From NCBI GenBank assembly GCA_002699085.1, contig PAAR01000029.1:1249-65248 (forward strand): a DNA stretch of 64,000 nt. The letters run 5' to 3'. The stretch comes from Micavibrio sp. (lineage in GTDB: Bacteria; Pseudomonadota; Alphaproteobacteria; Micavibrionales; UBA9664). Below, one piece after another: positions 27,959-36,759 of the stretch (its first letter is position 1; the number at the start of each line of letters is the position of its first letter). Under the pieces are notes generated by a model. That model worked only from the letters and a program-made list of their open reading frames with translations, did not search any database and had not been told where the DNA came from. The position numbers were made by a program, and so were the translations under genes.

Positions 27959-29656
27959 TTACTGAGTTATTTGGCCTTGCGAGGCACTCACGATCCATCG
28001 GCCATTATTAAGAGCGATACTCTTAATCGTGCCCAAACCTTCCAATTGATCGCCAACAGAAACCTGTTTAAGGGTGCTATTACCCTGACGTGATACCCAT
28101 GCCTGATTTGGTGATGCCGCTCGCAACTCCCATTTCACTGCAGGCTTTTGTGCAACGGGCTGTGTACGTGTAATTGATTTCGTTGAGTTAGATACTACAG
28201 ATGGTTTCGAATGTGACACAGAAGACTGACTTACCTTTCGCTCTAAACCTGATACCTTTTTGTTTAAAGCCTCAATACTATTAGCCAACTTCTGGTAATC
28301 AGCGGACGACTCGGCAGAAACGCCCTCACTATTAATTTTTTGCTCAACCGCTTCTATACGCTCGACAAAAGCTGCTGTTTGCTTTTCAAAACGTGCCATG
28401 TTTTCTGTCAAAGTTTCTGCCAATATTACCAATTCTTGGTTACTACCTCTCGGCTTAGGCTTTGAGACCATTTCTGCTTCGGCCTCTGCTTTACCCATTT
28501 TTTCAGCTGTTGTCTCTATCGATTGCAGTTCCGCTAAAGCCTCAGCTTTATTTTGCTGTTCAATTTCTTTTGGTTTTGCATCACCAAAGGGCGCAGGCAA
28601 TGATAATGCATCATTAAAGCCATCATTTGTACCTTTAGGTTGATACGGCTCAAAGTCAGACATCCTGTCACCTTGCGGTTGTGCAGTAATATCTGCAGGC
28701 GCTGCGTTATCGTTAACTGCCTGCTGCGACGACAATAATGGCGCCAAAGGCTCTGCATTCACATTAGTAGTTGGAACAGCCATCTCGTTCGAAATCGGCG
28801 TCGGTGACGGCAGTCCACCTAAACTTTGTCTTTCGCCAAAATCAGCGACTTGATTCGTATTTGCTAATTGTTGAGACACTGTTTTAGGCGCAGGAACATC
28901 TCGGATTTGACTTTCTAACGCATCAAGATCATCTAGTGTATTACGCTGCAATTGCTTATCCTGTTTGGTCGCTAAGGTCCCTGAATTTAAAATGCCAGAG
29001 AGCGTTTGCGGCTCTTGCGATTGGAGCATTTGATTTTGCTGTTGTTGCTGGGCATTGGCTAATTGCAGCGTTTGTTGCGATTGAGTGTCACCACCCGAGA
29101 ATAATGTTAAATATCCAATAATTATCACAATGAAACCCACCACACCGTAAACAGCGTAGTTAAAGAGTTTTGCATTACCACCACCAAACAGCGCTGACAA
29201 AGGACTACCTGCGTGAGGTTTCTGCTCACCTTGATTAAAATCAGACGAATCAGAAGATACTTCTTCTTGAGGCTTTTCATCCACCCATTCATCATCTGAT
29301 GGAAATTCAGCTTCAGCATCCTCTCCTGATTCAACATGCGCTTCAGGAAATTCAGAATCTTGGAATTCTGAAAACTCAGCATCAATAGGCTCTTCCATGG
29401 CTGGATCTATATAAAAATTATCCTCCAAGAATTCAGCATCATCGAAGGTATCAAATTCATCGAAAGCTTCATCAGGAATGTAATTTTCTGAGAAATTATC
29501 GGTAAAGTCACCTACCTCTTCAGGAGCAGGCATTTCAGGTTCAGACTGATTGGCTTCAGAGTCCACACCTTGTGCTAAATCATCAAAAGCTTGTGAGCCA
29601 GCATTTTCTTGTTCTGACTGCGTTTCATCTTCTGGCTTTTGCGGATCGTCACTCAT
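27959..29656 (-). CDS. icmG: IcmG/DotF-like protein, expanded (acidic N-terminus, TM, Q-rich and coiled-coil regions)
   Basis: Position between icmE and icmC. It has a single TM (NYAVYGVVGFIVIIIGYLTLF). The C-terminal domain WELRAASPNQAWVSRQGNSTLKQVSVGDQLEGLGTIKSIALNNGRWIV resembles the DotF C-terminus. Confidence 0.65.
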   Translation of the reverse strand: MSDDPQKPEDETQSEQENAGSQAFDDLAQGVDSEANQSEPEMPAPEEVGDFTDNFSENYIPDEAFDEFDTFDDAEFLEDNFYIDPAMEEPIDAEFSEFQDSEFPEAHVESGEDAEAEFPSDDEWVDEKPQEEVSSDSSDFNQGEQKPHAGSPLSALFGGGNAKLFNYAVYGVVGFIVIIIGYLTLFSGGDTQSQQTLQLANAQQQQQNQMLQSQEPQTLSGILNSGTLATKQDKQLQRNTLDDLDALESQIRDVPAPKTVSQQLANTNQVADFGERQSLGGLPSPTPISNEMAVPTTNVNAEPLAPLLSSQQAVNDNAAPADITAQPQGDRMSDFEPYQPKGTNDGFNDALSLPAPFGDAKPKEIEQQNKAEALAELQSIETTAEKMGKAEAEAEMVSKPKPRGSNQELVILAETLTENMARFEKQTAAFVERIEAVEQKINSEGVSAESSADYQKLANSIEALNKKVSGLERKVSQSSVSHSKPSVVSNSTKSITRTQPVAQKPAVKWELRAASPNQAWVSRQGNSTLKQVSVGDQLEGLGTIKSIALNNGRWIVSASQGQITQ

Positions 29657-31200
29657 TATTGGCCGTTCAAATATTGGTTAACTTGCTGGGTTGGCTGCGT
29701 TGCGCCAAATAAAGGCTGCTGATTTAAAGGGTATTGACCACCAAATTGTGTTCCATAAGGTTGAGGTTGAATACCATATTGACCATAACCTTGCTGCGCA
29801 TAGGGAAATTGACCTGTTAATCCACCAAAACCACCCTGATTATTATACTGCTGTTGTCGCAGTATCGCCGCATCATTAGGATCATACACATCGTCAGTAA
29901 AGAAAATCGCTACAGGTGTGCCTGCCGCCACACGAATAAGCGGTTCAATCTGTTGCGCTTCATCATCAAGTATGTCATCAAACTTACGTGCACCCTCTTC
30001 TACACCACGCCCTACCTCTTGTTTAACATCAAGGTCTTCCGTATCAGAAACGGTTGCACCACCTGCGCCAACAACAGTTGTCGTTTGCTGTTCAGAGAAG
30101 GCCGATCCCATACCTTCAATAAACCTTGCAGCAGCAGGCAAAACAACACGACGGAAATAACGTCCGTCATATTCTGTTACCATACCGCTAATATTTGTAT
30201 CAGGGTCAAGCGCTACAGCCTGAATAGAATAAGATTTCTTGCCACGTGTCATTCTATTAAACTTAATAGTGATATAACGATCGGTATTGTCAAAATCGCC
30301 GATAATTTTAGCGCCTGAAAAACGTGTATCGACAATTTGCGCCAGAATAGGTCCTGGTGCGTCTGTATTTGCCTCGGTCATTAATTGAGCGTATAAAACT
30401 GTACCCGCCGTAATAACCGGATCTGGCTGGACGTCTAATGGTGCTACTTGCTGCGGTTGCAGCCCTTGTATTTGCCCATTTTGAGAAACGGCGTTACCAA
30501 AACTATTCACTCCCGATTGACCAAAAGCACCACCACCTGCAATCTGCGGTTGTGTGACAGTCATAAGCGTAATCGGTGATATTTGTTGTGTTTCTAAAAT
30601 CGCCTGCATTTGCGCCAACATAGCATCTGACAGGGCCGCTACAGCATTTGGGTCTGGTTGCATACTCACAGCTTGATCGAAACTTTCAACAAACTGATCT
30701 TGCTCTTGCGCCATTTGTGTTTTTTGCTGCTCAACTTGCTCTTCAAACTCCTTGATCCGCCACTGCTTGAAAGGATCCTGCTCATCGTCATTAGTGCTAT
30801 CCGCCTCAAGATCACTCAATACACGGTCTTGGTCACCAAAGGCAATAGTGGGAACAGCACTCCCTACGCCACTGCGCAACGCTTGATCCGCCTCTTGCTG
30901 ATCAGTCTCCTCAATAGCCTGCTTCATAGCAGGTGTCAGCTCATCATCAGGGCCGAGCACAGCACGTGTCGCTGGAGCCCCTGCAATTTGTGATTGATTC
31001 TCGTTAGAGCCATTGCCTGCAAGAAGGAAAACACCCCCTACAACAATCAAAACAGCTGCCAGAACAAGGCCCATCTTAAGTAGAGGGTTATTGGCGAACA
31101 CATCTTTTAATGACTGACCCTTACCGACTTGCGTTTCAAAGCCATCAAAACCATCATCAAAGTCATCAAAGCCGTTTTCTGTATTATTATCATCAACCAT
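29656..31200 (-). CDS. icmE: IcmE/DotG-like (VirB10/TrbI-domain) T4BSS core protein, short form
   Basis: N-terminal acidic segment plus TM (LKMGLVLAAVLIVVGGVFLL). TrbI/VirB10-like block GTVLYAQLMTEANTDAPGPILAQIV...GAKIIGDF...RVAAGTPVAIFF. The stop overlaps the icmG start. Confidence 0.8.
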   Translation of the reverse strand: MVDDNNTENGFDDFDDGFDGFETQVGKGQSLKDVFANNPLLKMGLVLAAVLIVVGGVFLLAGNGSNENQSQIAGAPATRAVLGPDDELTPAMKQAIEETDQQEADQALRSGVGSAVPTIAFGDQDRVLSDLEADSTNDDEQDPFKQWRIKEFEEQVEQQKTQMAQEQDQFVESFDQAVSMQPDPNAVAALSDAMLAQMQAILETQQISPITLMTVTQPQIAGGGAFGQSGVNSFGNAVSQNGQIQGLQPQQVAPLDVQPDPVITAGTVLYAQLMTEANTDAPGPILAQIVDTRFSGAKIIGDFDNTDRYITIKFNRMTRGKKSYSIQAVALDPDTNISGMVTEYDGRYFRRVVLPAAARFIEGMGSAFSEQQTTTVVGAGGATVSDTEDLDVKQEVGRGVEEGARKFDDILDDEAQQIEPLIRVAAGTPVAIFFTDDVYDPNDAAILRQQQYNNQGGFGGLTGQFPYAQQGYGQYGIQPQPYGTQFGGQYPLNQQPLFGATQPTQQVNQYLNGQ

Positions 31201-31227
31201 ATTAAAAGGATTCTATATTATCTGTTA

Positions 31228-32325
31228 CTATATATCGTCATCATCTGCTTTTTGAGAAAGCGTTGCCCGCACCATCTTACCATTATCAGACAAAAGTAAA
31301 ACAGGTGTTTCTGGTATTGTATAAACTTTTAAACCATCAGCAGAATTAATTGAATTAGACCATGCTGGTGACAACAATGTATATGGCGTACGCAGATAAA
31401 CCTCACTGTTCAACATATAAGCGGACGTTCTGCCATCAATACCTTCAACAATCATCCTTTTTGCACCAGAGGGGATAACACCATCAAGCATTGACACTAG
31501 TGTTGCACTACCAGCTTCTGTTTTAAGTCCACCTTGTTCGATGATGGGTACAGAGGCACTTGGGCCATATTTTGGTATGCGTGCATCAAAGCGGTATTGA
31601 ACAACATCACGATGTGTCTGCAGCATAAAAGTCACAGGTGTATTGAGATCGACAAGACGAATAGAGAGATTGCCACGATTATAGGCCCCTAAAGGACTAA
31701 TCCGCAACACATGCCCACCATCTTCTGGCTGCAAAATATCAAAATCCCCACCCCAACTTACATCTTGAATAGGCCAAGGCTCACCTGATTGATCGAGCAT
31801 AGAAAGCGTTGTCACATGCCCTGGTGCCACTTTAATAATTGGCGGTGCCACACCGGGATCTAATGAAACAGTTTGAACTGTAATTTCAGGCTCAGGCGCA
31901 TCCATGATAGGCGTTTGCGCCGCTTCTGTTGATTCATCATACTTGCCCAATAAGCGGCGAATTTCATCAGGCCTTAACGGTAACAACCCATTAACAGCCG
32001 CATCAAAAGCGAGATCTCTTGCTTGCGCCTCCATCTCTGCTTGGCGCTCTTCAGGAGTCATATTGGCTGCATCTAAAACACCACGTAACTGCTCATTATT
32101 CTGAATATTAACTGGCGGCAACTCAGGCGACTGGGCATTCACTGTGCCAACTTGCCCACCCTCTCGTATTTTTGGTGCAGGTTTGGAATTAGCCTCTTCT
32201 TGCTTCTTACTTTGCTCATTAAAAAGCTCCAAACTCATTTGCGCAAACGCAGAATGAGCAGAAGCCATGAAAGACATACTTAAAAGGGCGGTGAAAAATA
32301 TTTTTCTGTAATTGTTAATAATCAT
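31228..32325 (-). CDS. icmK: IcmK/DotH (R64 TraN-like) outer-membrane core complex protein
   Basis: 365 aa with a signal peptide (...ASAHSAFAQ). Its position between icmL and icmE and its size fit. The conserved-looking C-terminal beta-rich domain is consistent with DotH. Confidence 0.75.
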   Translation of the reverse strand: MIINNYRKIFFTALLSMSFMASAHSAFAQMSLELFNEQSKKQEEANSKPAPKIREGGQVGTVNAQSPELPPVNIQNNEQLRGVLDAANMTPEERQAEMEAQARDLAFDAAVNGLLPLRPDEIRRLLGKYDESTEAAQTPIMDAPEPEITVQTVSLDPGVAPPIIKVAPGHVTTLSMLDQSGEPWPIQDVSWGGDFDILQPEDGGHVLRISPLGAYNRGNLSIRLVDLNTPVTFMLQTHRDVVQYRFDARIPKYGPSASVPIIEQGGLKTEAGSATLVSMLDGVIPSGAKRMIVEGIDGRTSAYMLNSEVYLRTPYTLLSPAWSNSINSADGLKVYTIPETPVLLLSDNGKMVRATLSQKADDDDI

Positions 32326-32443
32326 TGGTTTTGCTAAAGCTGACAGCCCTTAATGTTTTCTTATGTTGGTATGTATTACACGCTCCAAAATAGCCCTGTT
32401 GATAGGGGGTTGGCAAGCTTTTTTATGAAAGAACTATCTGTAC

Positions 32444-33139
32444 CTAACCTGCGAAAGCGACCCATTGCTGAATGCCAATGCCGCTTGGGCTTTCAAGCCT
32501 TGGTACACGTACAACAATTAAGCGAACAATCTGTGAATTTGTCCGTGAACTTGCACCTAACTGAAAGTTTATCAACATAGGAATCTCTATTTCCCATTGA
32601 TAGCGACCATCTTTAATACCTTCAGAACGAATAATTGGTGCTGATCTTGGTGTCGCTGTCACTACTTGACGGTTCTTGTTAACTGCTTCAATAACACCAG
32701 AATCTTGCAATGCACGGGTAAAGCTCTGCCAACCATCACGTGTAAAATGACGAGATGATTCTTGTAACCGTGTACGATAGTCATGGAATCCGAAAGTCAT
32801 CACTTCGGTCGCCGCCTGAGCCGCCCATGAAACAAGCGCAGGATGAGATAAATTAGGCTCACTTAACGCTATCATTGGCACTAAACGCCCATCTTCCGTC
32901 GTTGCAAAATATTGGTTACGTGGCTCTGTAAAACCCATAAAAAAGACTAAAGCTAAGATCAACCCGACAATGGCAACCGTTTGCATCATTGTGATTCTTA
33001 CTAAAGAGCGATATCCATCACGATAAAAGCTATTACGCGTGACAACGGCGTTTAATGCCGATGATGTTACTTTCTCATCTACAGGCATTGCCTTAGCAGA
33101 TTTCGGGGACTCTTTTACAGGTGGTTTCGTATTAGCCAT
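32444..33139 (-). CDS. icmL: IcmL/DotI (R64 TraM-like) inner-membrane T4BSS protein
   Basis: Strong resemblance to IcmL: VVTRNSFYRDGYRSL..., single TM, ...DGRYQWEIEIPMLINFQ...VVRVPRLESPSGIGIQQWV. Confidence 0.9.
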   Translation of the reverse strand: MANTKPPVKESPKSAKAMPVDEKVTSSALNAVVTRNSFYRDGYRSLVRITMMQTVAIVGLILALVFFMGFTEPRNQYFATTEDGRLVPMIALSEPNLSHPALVSWAAQAATEVMTFGFHDYRTRLQESSRHFTRDGWQSFTRALQDSGVIEAVNKNRQVVTATPRSAPIIRSEGIKDGRYQWEIEIPMLINFQLGASSRTNSQIVRLIVVRVPRLESPSGIGIQQWVAFAG

Positions 33140-33293
33140 GATTCAATCTAAAATGTTTATCGCCATTTGCAAAGACAAATCCTTCAAATAACTTAATTTT
33201 TCATAATATTTACAAAAAATGTGATTCTCAAGTGGAAATTCATATAAAAACCATGGTATACTAAAAATTAAAGACTGTGAGCATGAGGAATCG
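33140..33293. promoter_or_regulatory. AT-rich divergent intergenic region (icmL operon vs paralog pair)
   Basis: 154-bp non-coding spacer between divergently oriented starts. The promoters are inferred, not identified. Confidence 0.35.
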
Positions 33294-35177
33294 ATGGTGT
33301 GTATAAATAAGGCAGCTTGTCTGCTTTTAGCTTTTTTACTAGCTTTATTACCAAGTTTTGCGGCATATGCCGAAGCAGGGTACACGCCCATTCCTCGCTA
33401 TGCGCAGCATGATAATGCAAATCAGCAAAATCAACCGCGCCCTTATATTGATTACCAACCTTCTCCCGCATATGAAAAAGCAGTAGAGAAACTAAGGCAA
33501 CAAACACCTCAAGCTACACAAGCAAATATTGTACCCGCCCAATATATACCGGCACAAGCTGAAGGTGCCCAAAATGATGTTTATGGCTATCAATTACCCG
33601 GTGCACTTTCTGGTTACAGCAACATAGCAAGTAAAGCTGTTTCTGCACTTCAAGAATTTTTTAGCTTTATTCTAGAAACATTGCAGGTCGTTTTTGGCTT
33701 CTTAGATAATAGTACACAAGACGAAGTTGCCAATAACTCACAAGCTGCTGACAAGCTTCAAACCGAAGCAATGGCAACAGATTCCTTTTATGCGACACGT
33801 GATGCAGCAATACTCGACGCGCAACAAAGCGATAACATACATAGAGCTATGGAAAAGGACGCTTTTAACGCTAAACTGCCTCTTGACGTTGCCTTTAATT
33901 CAGGACTTGTCGGCTTAATGTGTAGAGACAATTCTACACGTCAAGGCGTCTCTGCGGCTTTGGTCGCTGGAAAGGTCACCGTTGAAGGATTGGCTGAAAT
34001 TCAATCTGATAAAAATGCTCAAACCTCGACTGGTTCATATAGTGCCGCTAGCGGTGGCGGCGGTGGTGGCGGCGGTACAGGCCCAGATGATTCTGGCAAC
34101 CCAGATGATTCATCTGATGCTAGTAACAAAGAAAATATCATCAATGAAGGACCTGGTGCGGCTGGACCATTAGATGAGATCAATGATCGCTGGGGTACGG
34201 TGCTTCTATTCTGTAACCCAGGTGACCCAAAAGTTGAGAAATCTGGCGATATGAATGGGGCAGCAAAAGCATTTTGTCCAGCAACCTGTTCTGAAGGCCA
34301 AGGTGCTAAATGTAATTACGTTGCCAAAGCCTATAAAGATGCCGCTGGCCGTGATATGCCTGGCTTACTGCCGCCAATTAACGCAAGAGACAGAAAAACA
34401 GGCGGTGCAGGCTCTTTCAAAAAAGACAATACGATTTATAACATGGATACGAGCTATTATAAGGCAATTAATGGTCGTAAAACATGGGGATTAGGCTATT
34501 ACCTGCACATGAATGAAGCTACTGGTAAAGCCGATAAATGGCAAAAAAGATCTTTAGCTTCAGATGAGGCAATCGCCGAATTCTTTTTACAAAATGTTTT
34601 CCGGACGGCAGTAACACCTTTACCACGAAACGTGATTGAGGAATCTATTGACGAAGATACTGGATTACCCAGTCTTGAAGCTGTTGAGTTTTTACTTAAC
34701 CATAAAAGTCTATCAGCACAACGCAGTGTGGCGCAAAATGTCTTTATTAACCAGATCGCTTATAAAAGACCATCACCAGTTGAAAATAGATATTTATTTG
34801 ATCAAGCACAGGACATTCTTCTAGGTAACAAACTTAATGATCCATCAGCAGACAAGCCTCAAGATGCCTATGAGAATTACAAACTTGAAATCATGGGCGA
34901 CCCTAATAAGAAACAAGGGCCTAGCTATGAAGCACAGTTAGAATATTTGGCAAAATTGGTCTATTTGAATCCGGATTTTATTATCTCAAAAGCTCCAGAA
35001 GATTTTGAAAATAAAATGCAGCTCATGGCAGCTACTAAAAATATTGTAACTTACGATCTTCTTGAAAGCATGAAACGTCAAGAAGCTGTGATGGCCACTA
35101 TATTAGAAGTGCTCCTGACACCAAAACAACGTGAGTTAGAAGAAAAAAGCGAATTAATATCACAAGGTGGCCAATGA
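33294..35177 (+). CDS. secreted protein of unknown function, paralog A (T4BSS/pilus-associated)
   Basis: Signal peptide MVCINKAACLLLAFLLALLPSFAAYAEA. It shares several collinear blocks with the next ORF, e.g. PSYEAQLEYLAKLVYLNPDF...RQEAVMATILEVLLTPKQRELEE. Confidence 0.7.
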   Translation: MVCINKAACLLLAFLLALLPSFAAYAEAGYTPIPRYAQHDNANQQNQPRPYIDYQPSPAYEKAVEKLRQQTPQATQANIVPAQYIPAQAEGAQNDVYGYQLPGALSGYSNIASKAVSALQEFFSFILETLQVVFGFLDNSTQDEVANNSQAADKLQTEAMATDSFYATRDAAILDAQQSDNIHRAMEKDAFNAKLPLDVAFNSGLVGLMCRDNSTRQGVSAALVAGKVTVEGLAEIQSDKNAQTSTGSYSAASGGGGGGGGTGPDDSGNPDDSSDASNKENIINEGPGAAGPLDEINDRWGTVLLFCNPGDPKVEKSGDMNGAAKAFCPATCSEGQGAKCNYVAKAYKDAAGRDMPGLLPPINARDRKTGGAGSFKKDNTIYNMDTSYYKAINGRKTWGLGYYLHMNEATGKADKWQKRSLASDEAIAEFFLQNVFRTAVTPLPRNVIEESIDEDTGLPSLEAVEFLLNHKSLSAQRSVAQNVFINQIAYKRPSPVENRYLFDQAQDILLGNKLNDPSADKPQDAYENYKLEIMGDPNKKQGPSYEAQLEYLAKLVYLNPDFIISKAPEDFENKMQLMAATKNIVTYDLLESMKRQEAVMATILEVLLTPKQRELEEKSELISQGGQ

Positions 35178-36745
35178 TGAAGCACACATTTCATCATGGA
35201 TTACTATGCCTCACCCTTGTTTTTATGATGGCCTTTGTGCCTGTTGCACAAGCCTATGCGGCCGGTAATTACACCTCTTTCCAAACATTAAAAGAGGAAG
35301 AGAAACCGACGAAACAAGGCGTTGTATATAAATATGATGAATGTCCTCATAAAACGGAAAATGGGGAATGCGCCCAATCACCTAATGCAAAACCTGTTTT
35401 TTATACCACAGCAGCTAATGTTATTAGCGGTGGTATTGCTATTATGCAGCTTCTTACTGAACTTCTTGGTGAGTTCTTCAAAAAGGTTATCATTAAAGGC
35501 CTTATAAGTTTTCTTACTAACATTGTGACAACATTTTTCAGCTTCTTGACCGATTTATTTGATTTTAAGTCGCAGGCCTTGCGTCAAAATGAATCGAAGC
35601 GTCAAAATGAGAAACTGGCTTTTGAAGCGCTTAATAAAACACGCGAAGCCGCTTTACAAGATTCCATACATAGTCGTGCAATCCACGATAGCCTAGAAAA
35701 AGACGTTTTCAATGCGACAAAAGATACTGGTCTTTCTGAACAAAGTGGTGAAATGGCCCTGCAATGTAAGATTAATACGCAATATAAATACCAATCTAGT
35801 GCCTTTGCGACCTCCGTTAATACAGCAACCATCAATGCTGATAAAATGGCCGACAATGCTGGCGCCCAAGAAGGACCTCTGGAGAACCTTGTAAGAAGAG
35901 CAAAAGACTGTCTTAACTACAGCGAAAATGATCTTAATGGCAGTGTTTCAAAATATGTTGAAGAATGTAAAGCAAAATACGGCGCCGCTATAATTGCCAA
36001 AATTAATGCCGACGCTTTACAAGGAGAAAGCACAGATTTCCACTCTAAATGTGATGACGGCGATGATCTTAGCATTACTAATTTTATAACCAACCCTACC
36101 TATATTGAGCAAGAAGACCCAGGTTGTGGCAAACCAAATACTGGCGCAGAAGAAAAATATAAGCTCAAGGGATTCATAGATCACTATACTGGTGAGCGGG
36201 CAACTACACCCATCACGGAACAGGCCATCAAAGACAGCTATAACGAGGAAACTGGCATGTTGGGTCAAAATGAAATTGAATATATCTTAGAAAAGAAAAC
36301 ATTCGACTCGCTTACCTCAATTGTTGATAACTCGCTCAACCATCTTTTAGCCAAAGACAAAGAACCCGTTCTGCGTAGCAATAACGACGGAGAAAGACAA
36401 TTCTTAACCAATGAAATTAAAGAGATCATTGGTGATGAAGGCGCAACTGACAAAAAATATGCTGCGTATACAGGTAATGAAAACTATTTACCCAGCTATG
36501 AAGGGCAGTTGCAGTTCTTGGCCAAAATCCAATATACAAACCCTGCTTTTGAATCAACTAACTTTAGTAAGCTAGGTTATGAAGGCGGGATGCTAAGAAA
36601 GAGTGCCACAGAGAGCATGGTTTTATACGATGCCCTTCAATCAGCGCAGCGCCAAGAAGCTATAATGGCAGCTATTCTGGAAGTCCTCCTGCAGCCAAAA
36701 CAAGAAGAGCTTGAAGAATTGTCCGCAGAGTTAAGCGGCAATTAA
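35174..36745 (+). CDS. secreted protein of unknown function, paralog B
   Basis: Signal peptide ...FMMAFVPVAQAYAAG. ATGA start/stop overlap with paralog A. Shared blocks include PSYEGQLQFLAKIQYTNPAF...RQEAIMAAILEVLLQPKQEELEE. Confidence 0.7.
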   Translation: MMKHTFHHGLLCLTLVFMMAFVPVAQAYAAGNYTSFQTLKEEEKPTKQGVVYKYDECPHKTENGECAQSPNAKPVFYTTAANVISGGIAIMQLLTELLGEFFKKVIIKGLISFLTNIVTTFFSFLTDLFDFKSQALRQNESKRQNEKLAFEALNKTREAALQDSIHSRAIHDSLEKDVFNATKDTGLSEQSGEMALQCKINTQYKYQSSAFATSVNTATINADKMADNAGAQEGPLENLVRRAKDCLNYSENDLNGSVSKYVEECKAKYGAAIIAKINADALQGESTDFHSKCDDGDDLSITNFITNPTYIEQEDPGCGKPNTGAEEKYKLKGFIDHYTGERATTPITEQAIKDSYNEETGMLGQNEIEYILEKKTFDSLTSIVDNSLNHLLAKDKEPVLRSNNDGERQFLTNEIKEIIGDEGATDKKYAAYTGNENYLPSYEGQLQFLAKIQYTNPAFESTNFSKLGYEGGMLRKSATESMVLYDALQSAQRQEAIMAAILEVLLQPKQEELEELSAELSGN

Positions 36746-36759
36746 GAAAAAACCTCAAA

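Noticed and set aside
33143-33507. Two small minus-strand ORFs (82 and 79 aa) at the icmL/paralog-A divergent region.
   Set aside because: They overlap the AT-rich promoter region and the 5' end of the well-supported signal-peptide ORF at 33294. They have no RBS or motif support.
34056-34079. The (GGY)8 tract encoding Gly8 in paralog A as a phase-variation contingency repeat.
   Set aside because: It is an imperfect trinucleotide repeat (a ggt/ggc mix). Slippage would stay in frame and only change linker length, not switch expression on or off.
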